Part shown: positions 58,430-64,000 of the stretch, one piece after another
How the letters are laid out: each line of letters opens with the position of its first letter
How positions within the stretch are numbered: position 1 is the first letter of the stretch
Origin: an uncultured Candidatus Actinomarina sp.
Lineage (GTDB): Bacteria; Actinomycetota; Acidimicrobiia; Actinomarinales; Actinomarinaceae
Length of the DNA stretch: 64,000 bases
NCBI GenBank assembly: GCA_902519845.1
Contig: CABYLQ010000001.1
Location: forward strand, 345,808 to 409,807
Direction: 5' to 3'
Translations under genes and position numbers: made by a program
Notes under the pieces: model-generated
Told to the model about the DNA's origin: nothing
The model's input: the letters and a program-made list of their open reading frames with translations, nothing else
Database searches by the model: none

Positions 58430-60415
58430 GTGAGTGAAAACAAAAAATTGAGTAAATTAAATTCTCGCACCATAGGTTCAGTATTTGCTATTTCTCTTTT
58501 AATTCCACAAAACATCGGTATTAATCTTCTCGGAATCAATTTTGAAGATATACCATTAATAGTCATTTTTCTTGTATTGCTGATTCTAAAAATACAGAAT
58601 TTTACTTTACAAAAATTCGACATCATATTTTTATCTTTTTTAGGATTCTTTGTAATTTACACAACTTTTTCGGTCAGCGAATTTAAATTATTTAATCAAA
58701 CTAACTTAAGATTTTATTTTTATTTTATGCTCTCTTATTTGTGTATAGATTTACTTAAAAAAAATGAAAATCGAATTATCGACCTTTTTGAACCTTTAGG
58801 TATTGTGATGTTGGCTAATTTCATAGTTATAATTTTTCAAATTCAACTACCTGGAACAATTGATGGATGGGTGTTGAACAATACTGATAGTATAAATCCA
58901 TTTGCATCAGGCAGACTAGGTGGTTTTCAAGGAGGAGGCCCTAATGTAATTGGTATAATATGCGCAATTTATTGTTTACTATGTGTTCACAAATTAATTA
59001 TTTCTGGCAATATAAGAACTTTTTTATTTGAAGATAGACTCAACGCCTCTTTGCTTTTTATATCTCTGATTAATCTAATTTTTACATTTTCTAGAGGATC
59101 ATATCTTGCATTATTTATTGGCTTACTAACTTTAATTATGTTTTCTGAAAAAATTGATAAGGCTATTAAAACTTATTTTGTGACAAGTCTTAGTCTTATC
59201 GTAGTCTTTTCAATTTACACATTTCCGGGAATATTTCTTAAGGAAACCAATAGATCTTTTCTTAACTCATTAGGAGCGAAAAATACAGAAATATTTGTCG
59301 GTGCAGGTGGTGGAAATTATATTAAAAGTGTTTATGAAGAATATTTAGTTACTTTGGATGAAGATATACTTCTTGATGAATTCAACATTATCTATTCAGA
59401 AGAAGAAAGGTCAAGACTTTTAGATCCTACAGAGAATGAAATTTCAATGCCAGTTGAAGGCTTTCTTAAATTAAGGTTTGATTATCAAGACAATCTTTTA
59501 CCAAGATCAATTATTTCTTTTTATTATTCAAATGATGGTTCAAGTTGGAATCAATTAGGTTCTGATCATACAAGTGGAGTAGTAATTGATTTAATTGAAA
59601 ATGATTCTTTTTTTGAGGTTGGTGGATGGGGAGATGGTCAATCTCCTGGGGATCAATACCTTAGTGGATTTGTTAAAAAGACAATTATTCAGACAGATGA
59701 TTATAAAAGAGAATATAACTTTACAAAAGAAAACAGAGATATTGACTATTTATTACTCACTCCATTAAATAAAAATCAGTATGAAAGACAAGTCGAATAT
59801 AATGATAATTCTATAAGACTTGAAAGACCAAGAAGTTACTGGTTAGCGTTGCCAAATGAAGTTAATTTGTCTGGAAAAGATTTTGAGGTAACTATTGAAT
59901 TAAATCTTCAATCAGTTCCAAAAGGTCATGAAACATTGTTAAGTCAAAGTTCAATCTTAAAACTTAATGATAAATTTAATGATCAGTCTTGGAAGTGGTC
60001 AATTATAGATGGTAGGATGTACTTCTTTTGGATTGAAAATGTAACATCAGGATATTCAAATTTTGTAGGAGGACAAAGTTTGAGATCTGGAAAATTAATT
60101 TCAAACAATGGAGTATTTGATTCTGTAATTTCAGATTTTTCATTATCTCAATATGATGAGATTACTACTGCGCATAATGGCTTTTTAACAATGTCTGTTG
60201 AATATGGTATATTCCCAATATCGATCATTATATTTTTGATTGCTTATTCACTAATTAAGAACTTTAAAAAATCTTTTGGATTTGAAATTTCTTTGTTATT
60301 AATGTTCGTTGCACAAAACCTTACAAATGACCTCGTATATGCACCAGATGTTGGAATTTACTTTTGGCTAATTCCGATTTATTTCATTTCCAATTCTTTA
60401 AGAGTCAAGAACTGA
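58430..60415 (+). CDS. O-antigen-ligase-like (Wzy_C) polytopic membrane protein with a ~330-aa extracytoplasmic insertion (661 aa)
   Basis: N-terminal ~9 TM helices with the ligase-type loop FTFSRGSYLALFIGLL. Residues ~280-600 are hydrophilic (GGWGDGQSPGDQYLSGF...). Two further C-terminal TM helices. GTG start immediately after the tRNA. Confidence 0.5.
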   Translation: MSENKKLSKLNSRTIGSVFAISLLIPQNIGINLLGINFEDIPLIVIFLVLLILKIQNFTLQKFDIIFLSFLGFFVIYTTFSVSEFKLFNQTNLRFYFYFMLSYLCIDLLKKNENRIIDLFEPLGIVMLANFIVIIFQIQLPGTIDGWVLNNTDSINPFASGRLGGFQGGGPNVIGIICAIYCLLCVHKLIISGNIRTFLFEDRLNASLLFISLINLIFTFSRGSYLALFIGLLTLIMFSEKIDKAIKTYFVTSLSLIVVFSIYTFPGIFLKETNRSFLNSLGAKNTEIFVGAGGGNYIKSVYEEYLVTLDEDILLDEFNIIYSEEERSRLLDPTENEISMPVEGFLKLRFDYQDNLLPRSIISFYYSNDGSSWNQLGSDHTSGVVIDLIENDSFFEVGGWGDGQSPGDQYLSGFVKKTIIQTDDYKREYNFTKENRDIDYLLLTPLNKNQYERQVEYNDNSIRLERPRSYWLALPNEVNLSGKDFEVTIELNLQSVPKGHETLLSQSSILKLNDKFNDQSWKWSIIDGRMYFFWIENVTSGYSNFVGGQSLRSGKLISNNGVFDSVISDFSLSQYDEITTAHNGFLTMSVEYGIFPISIIIFLIAYSLIKNFKKSFGFEISLLLMFVAQNLTNDLVYAPDVGIYFWLIPIYFISNSLRVKN

Positions 60416-61519
60416 ATTTTTTTTCAAAAAATTATGAATTGTATCATTTAGAACTAACACTTGCCTTCCATCATTTAATGTTAAGTAATCGACAGGTGTT
60501 GTAAATTTTTGGACATTACTTAAATCAATATTTCTAAAAGTCCATAGAATTTCAACTGCTTTATTTATTGATAAATTTTCATCGATAATGAATGAGTTTT
60601 CCAAAGCTTTTATAAAAGAATTGAGTTCATTCACTGACTCAAATTCTTTTAACTCATTGATTAATTGCATTACAACATATTGTTGCCTGTCAATTCTTGT
60701 GAGATCACTAACTCCAAGCATAGGCTTCCACTCAGATATGTCATTTCCTTTATTATCAATAAGTTTTTCACCTACTAATTCTTCAGTTGATCTTGAAACA
60801 ACCCAATTCAAAGTAGTTAGTCCATTAACTGTCTGACATCCTTCTTGTAATTCAAAGCTAAATCCCTCACGTTGAGTCTTATCAACACAAATTTCGATAC
60901 CATCTACTGAGTCAATAATTTCCTCAAAGCCCTCAAAGTCAAAGCTTGCAAAATTTGTAACTCGTATTCCTGAAATGCTATATATGGCTGCAGCTAAATT
61001 TTCTGCTCTGCCCCCACACTCATTTTTACTATACGCTGCATTAATCCTCTCTAATTTTCCTGTACAATTGTTTTTTATTAACAGATCACGTGGAAAAGAA
61101 AGTAAAGTAATTTCTTTTGATGATTTCTCAACAAGCCCAAGAATAATTACATCTGCTCGCTTCCCTGTTATTTCACCCCTTGTTAAGGCAATCTCTGCAG
61201 ATCTTTCATCTGAGCCAATCAATAAATACACGTCAAAATTAGTTATTTCCTTTTCAAACTCATTTAATAGGAGAACTTTATCAATATCTGATATTTCTTC
61301 CTCTGTCAAAACCAATTCATCCATGGATGAAATAGATTCTTGAGTATTTTGTTCACTATTTTCTTTAATTGTCGTAGTGGTAACACCCTCTATAATGTCA
61401 TCAATGACTTCCTGATCAAATTCTTCAGTCTCTAGATTTGGGATAAAACTAAAAATTACTATTGTTGCAATAACAAGTATTCCTAGAAATAAATACGTAT
61501 ATTTATTAAAAATTTTCAT
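60398..61519 (-). CDS. LytR-CpsA-Psr (LCP) family cell-wall glycopolymer phosphotransferase
   Basis: N-terminal TM anchor; LCP motifs (YLLIGSDER...RADVIILG...SFPRDL...INAAY...GG...NFASFDFEGF). Confidence 0.8.
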   Translation of the reverse strand: MKIFNKYTYLFLGILVIATIVIFSFIPNLETEEFDQEVIDDIIEGVTTTTIKENSEQNTQESISSMDELVLTEEEISDIDKVLLLNEFEKEITNFDVYLLIGSDERSAEIALTRGEITGKRADVIILGLVEKSSKEITLLSFPRDLLIKNNCTGKLERINAAYSKNECGGRAENLAAAIYSISGIRVTNFASFDFEGFEEIIDSVDGIEICVDKTQREGFSFELQEGCQTVNGLTTLNWVVSRSTEELVGEKLIDNKGNDISEWKPMLGVSDLTRIDRQQYVVMQLINELKEFESVNELNSFIKALENSFIIDENLSINKAVEILWTFRNIDLSNVQKFTTPVDYLTLNDGRQVLVLNDTIHNFLKKNSVLDS

Positions 61520-61545
61520 ACAATACCAAATTACATAATATAACT

Positions 61546-62277
61546 ATGTATTCTTTAGTTGTGGAAAATATCAAATGTATTATAGCCGCAGGTGGCCTTG
61601 GAACAAGATTGCAAGAATTTAGAGGAAATAAATCTACAAAAATACTTTTAGACGTAAATGGAACCCCCATGATTAATCAACAAGTTTCTCAACTTGTTAA
61701 CTGGGGAATGAGAAAATTTGTAATTATAACTAACCCGGAATACTTCAATATGATACAAGAAGTTACTCTTGGTGAATTTAAAGATTTAGAAATAGAATTT
61801 ACTATTCAAGAAGAACCAAAAGGAATATCACATGCTTTATATCAAGCAAGAGATTATGTAGATGAAAATGAGAAAATATTTTTTGTTTTAGGCGATAATT
61901 TTTTTGAAAATAGTCCATTTAATAATTTTGATTTCAAAAATTTTCATCAAGGTGCATGTATATTTACAACTGAAGTAAACAACCCTGAGGAATTTGGAGT
62001 AGCTGAGATGGATATTGACGGAAAAGTTCTTTCAATTGAGGAAAAGCCTACCAATCCTAAATCCAATGATGCAGTTGTGGGTTTATACATGTTTGATAAT
62101 TCTGTTTTTAATAAGATTGATACTTTAGAACCATCTGCCAGGGGAGAATATGAAATTACAGACTTATGCAATATTTTTGTTTCAGAAAATAAATGTATGA
62201 ACTTAAATATAAATGGCTGGTGGATCGATGCAGGAACTCCTGAAAGAATTATTGAACTTGAAGAAAAGTTAAGTTAA
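61546..62277 (+). CDS. Sugar-phosphate nucleotidyltransferase (RmlA/LicC-like, 243 aa)
   Basis: N-terminal IIAAGGLGTRL (GxGTRL) nucleotide-binding motif; short single-domain form. Confidence 0.7.
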   Translation: MYSLVVENIKCIIAAGGLGTRLQEFRGNKSTKILLDVNGTPMINQQVSQLVNWGMRKFVIITNPEYFNMIQEVTLGEFKDLEIEFTIQEEPKGISHALYQARDYVDENEKIFFVLGDNFFENSPFNNFDFKNFHQGACIFTTEVNNPEEFGVAEMDIDGKVLSIEEKPTNPKSNDAVVGLYMFDNSVFNKIDTLEPSARGEYEITDLCNIFVSENKCMNLNINGWWIDAGTPERIIELEEKLS

Positions 62278-63309
62278 GACCTTCAATCTTATTGAAATTA
62301 AGTAAGTTAGAAAATAAACAGTAAACAAAACTCCAATAATTAAAAGTGATAATTGGGTTGAAGTAAAAATTGAGAGATAAATTAATAAAAAAGTTCCAAG
62401 ACTATAAATTAGAAATATTGAAAGAACTGTTTTTTCAGAAAATCCTTTTGCAAGTAATCGATGTGAGATATGGTCTGTTCCACCGATAGTAGGTGATTTT
62501 CCTATACTAATTCTGTAGGTAACAACAACAAGAAAATCTATTAAGGGAACTGAAAATACTAACAATATTGGGCTGAGTGTAGTTGAATAAACAGTAACAT
62601 CTTCTGGGACCCAGCTATATATAATACTCATAAATCCTAGACAAAAACCTATAAATAAACTACCAGAATCTCCAAAGTATAATTTTGCAGGTGGGAAATT
62701 GAAAAATAAAAAACCTCCAATTGTACAAAGTAGAAGAATAGAAATATCTGTTAACTTATACTGGTTTAAATAATTTGTTAAGACTGCAATCTGTATACAT
62801 ATAGCTGAAGAGACAACTACGGCAAGCCCATCCATATTATCTATAAAATTTATTGCATTCATTATCAACATAATCCAAATCGTTGAAACTATGTAATTTA
62901 AAGAATTATTGAATTCTAAGCCAATAAGTGATTCAAAATTTATAAAAATATTTAAGTTATACAAAGGTATGTAGACAATGATTATTTGAAAGAAGAATTT
63001 AATATACCATTTAAAATTATACAAATCATCTAGCAAGCCAATAATTGAAATTATTACTGCGAAAAAACCTACGTATAAGAAATTACTTTCAGCCTGTCCT
63101 AGAAGTCTTGTAGATATCAAAAATGCGATAGAACAAGCAATACCACCAAATGGTGGGACATATCTTGAAGATAATCTTTCTTCATTTTTTCTTATACTCG
63201 GTACAAAGTTTTTTGTTCTTTGTAGAGTTATCCAATTAAAGAATAGGGATAATAAAATTGTTGCTATCGCTGCACTTGTTATTGATACTTGAAAATTAGA
63301 TAAATTCAC
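62269..63309 (-). CDS. wecA: Polyprenyl-phosphate N-acetylhexosamine-1-phosphate transferase (GT4 MraY/WecA family)
   Basis: DDxxN/D (LLDDLYNF) and NAINFIDNMDGLA motifs of the MraY/WecA superfamily; ~10 TM. Confidence 0.8.
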   Translation of the reverse strand: MNLSNFQVSITSAAIATILLSLFFNWITLQRTKNFVPSIRKNEERLSSRYVPPFGGIACSIAFLISTRLLGQAESNFLYVGFFAVIISIIGLLDDLYNFKWYIKFFFQIIIVYIPLYNLNIFINFESLIGLEFNNSLNYIVSTIWIMLIMNAINFIDNMDGLAVVVSSAICIQIAVLTNYLNQYKLTDISILLLCTIGGFLFFNFPPAKLYFGDSGSLFIGFCLGFMSIIYSWVPEDVTVYSTTLSPILLVFSVPLIDFLVVVTYRISIGKSPTIGGTDHISHRLLAKGFSEKTVLSIFLIYSLGTFLLIYLSIFTSTQLSLLIIGVLFTVYFLTYLISIRLKVLT

Positions 63310-64000
63310 TTTTGTAGCTCTCGATCTCTTTTCTTAAATATCGATAAATTTTATTATATGCAGCTGCAATTTTGACAGATGTATAGTTTTTATCAATTAA
63401 TTCTCTATTGTATTTGGCATCTTCTCCAAAAAGAATATTTTGTGTACTATCTAAAAAAGCATCATGATTAATTATTTCATCAAGATTTCTTCTAAATTCT
63501 TCAATATTGTTTTCATCTATAAAGAAAGAATTTCTAAATTTTGAGCTGAGCTCTGATGTGCCTGGAATATTATTAGATAAACATATTAATCCTACATACA
63601 AAGATTCTAAAAGTATTCTTGAAGATCCCTCATACTTTGACATAACAATATTTATATCGAAATTTTGAAGCTCTTTCTTTATATCAATATGTCCTAAATA
63701 ATTTATAAAGTTACTATTTTTTATTTCATTTAGCTGAGATTCACTTAGTGAATCTGGATTTCCATTGTCTAAATCACCAGCTAGATAGAACTCAAAATCT
63801 GAATCTTTCATCAAATTAGCTAGCTCAAGATATTCAAATACACCTTTGTCATTAATTAACCTTGTAGCCATAATTACTTTTAAATTTGAGTTTCGATATT
63901 CTTTTTTTAACTCAAGTTCCTTCACGGTTATCCCAGAAGTTGGAATTATAAAAGATTCACCATTATATTTTGAGTAATTATTAAATGTTTTTTGATCTTC
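63296..64000 (-). CDS. Glycosyltransferase family 1, C-terminal part (gene begins beyond the window end)
   Basis: The C-terminal GT-B half (KVIMATRLINDKGV...ESLYVGLICLSNNIPG) starts abruptly, which indicates the N-terminal domain lies past 64000. Overlaps the wecA start by 14 nt (operon). Confidence 0.6.
   Translation of the reverse strand, partial: EDQKTFNNYSKYNGESFIIPTSGITVKELELKKEYRNSNLKVIMATRLINDKGVFEYLELANLMKDSDFEFYLAGDLDNGNPDSLSESQLNEIKNSNFINYLGHIDIKKELQNFDINIVMSKYEGSSRILLESLYVGLICLSNNIPGTSELSSKFRNSFFIDENNIEEFRRNLDEIINHDAFLDSTQNILFGEDAKYNRELIDKNYTSVKIAAAYNKIYRYLRKEIESYKSEFI

Noticed and set aside
58387-58626. 79-aa minus-strand ORF
   Set aside because: Overlaps tRNA-Met and the 5' end of the ligase-like gene on the opposite strand. 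Its C-terminus is the reverse complement of the tRNA.

Overview
The window is AT-rich (roughly one-third GC by eye), tightly packed, and almost entirely coding, with many 4-30 nt gene overlaps. The conserved core has the gene order of an actinobacterium: tig-clpP-clpX-valS-folC-ndk-mreBCD-mrdA-rodA-rne-rplU-rpmA-obg-proB-proA-[MoxR/VWA]-nadD-rsfS, then leuS-rpsT-lepA-rsmE-HIT-phoH-7TM_HD-ybeY-uppS-glyQS-dnaG-tRNA-Asn. From this I infer a streamlined low-GC actinobacterium of the marine or freshwater 'Actinomarina'/acI type. Nine tRNA genes were found by hand-folding: a cluster of six between acs and tig, plus tRNA-Ala, tRNA-Asn and tRNA-Met. I found no rRNA, CRISPR array, transposase or integrase. 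Three accessory blocks interrupt the core. (1) At the left edge (1-8.25 kb) a probable defence island: a complete type I restriction-modification operon hsdM-hsdS-hsdR, with HsdR of the short type-IB-like form; a co-oriented downstream 485-aa protein whose C-terminus looks like a Cas4/RecB-family PD-(D/E)XK nuclease with two CxxCx5C cysteine clusters; and, divergently, two uncharacterised membrane-associated proteins. (2) Surface-glycan cluster A (39.1-44.6 kb), which starts at tRNA-Ala and ends at leuS. (3) Surface-glycan cluster B (58.4-64 kb), which follows tRNA-Asn/tRNA-Met: an O-antigen-ligase-like protein, an LCP protein, a nucleotidyltransferase, a WecA-like transferase and a GT1 glycosyltransferase. 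The most specific regulatory observation is upstream of the citramalate-synthase-type gene (cimA, first step of the pyruvate route to isoleucine). A sigma70-like promoter is placed so that the transcript would begin at the ATG of an 8-codon ORF, MINFIIII, of which five codons are Ile. A perfect 9-bp hairpin and a hairpin plus T9 intrinsic terminator follow, ending 12 nt before the cimA start. This looks like an Ile-sensing leader-peptide attenuator.
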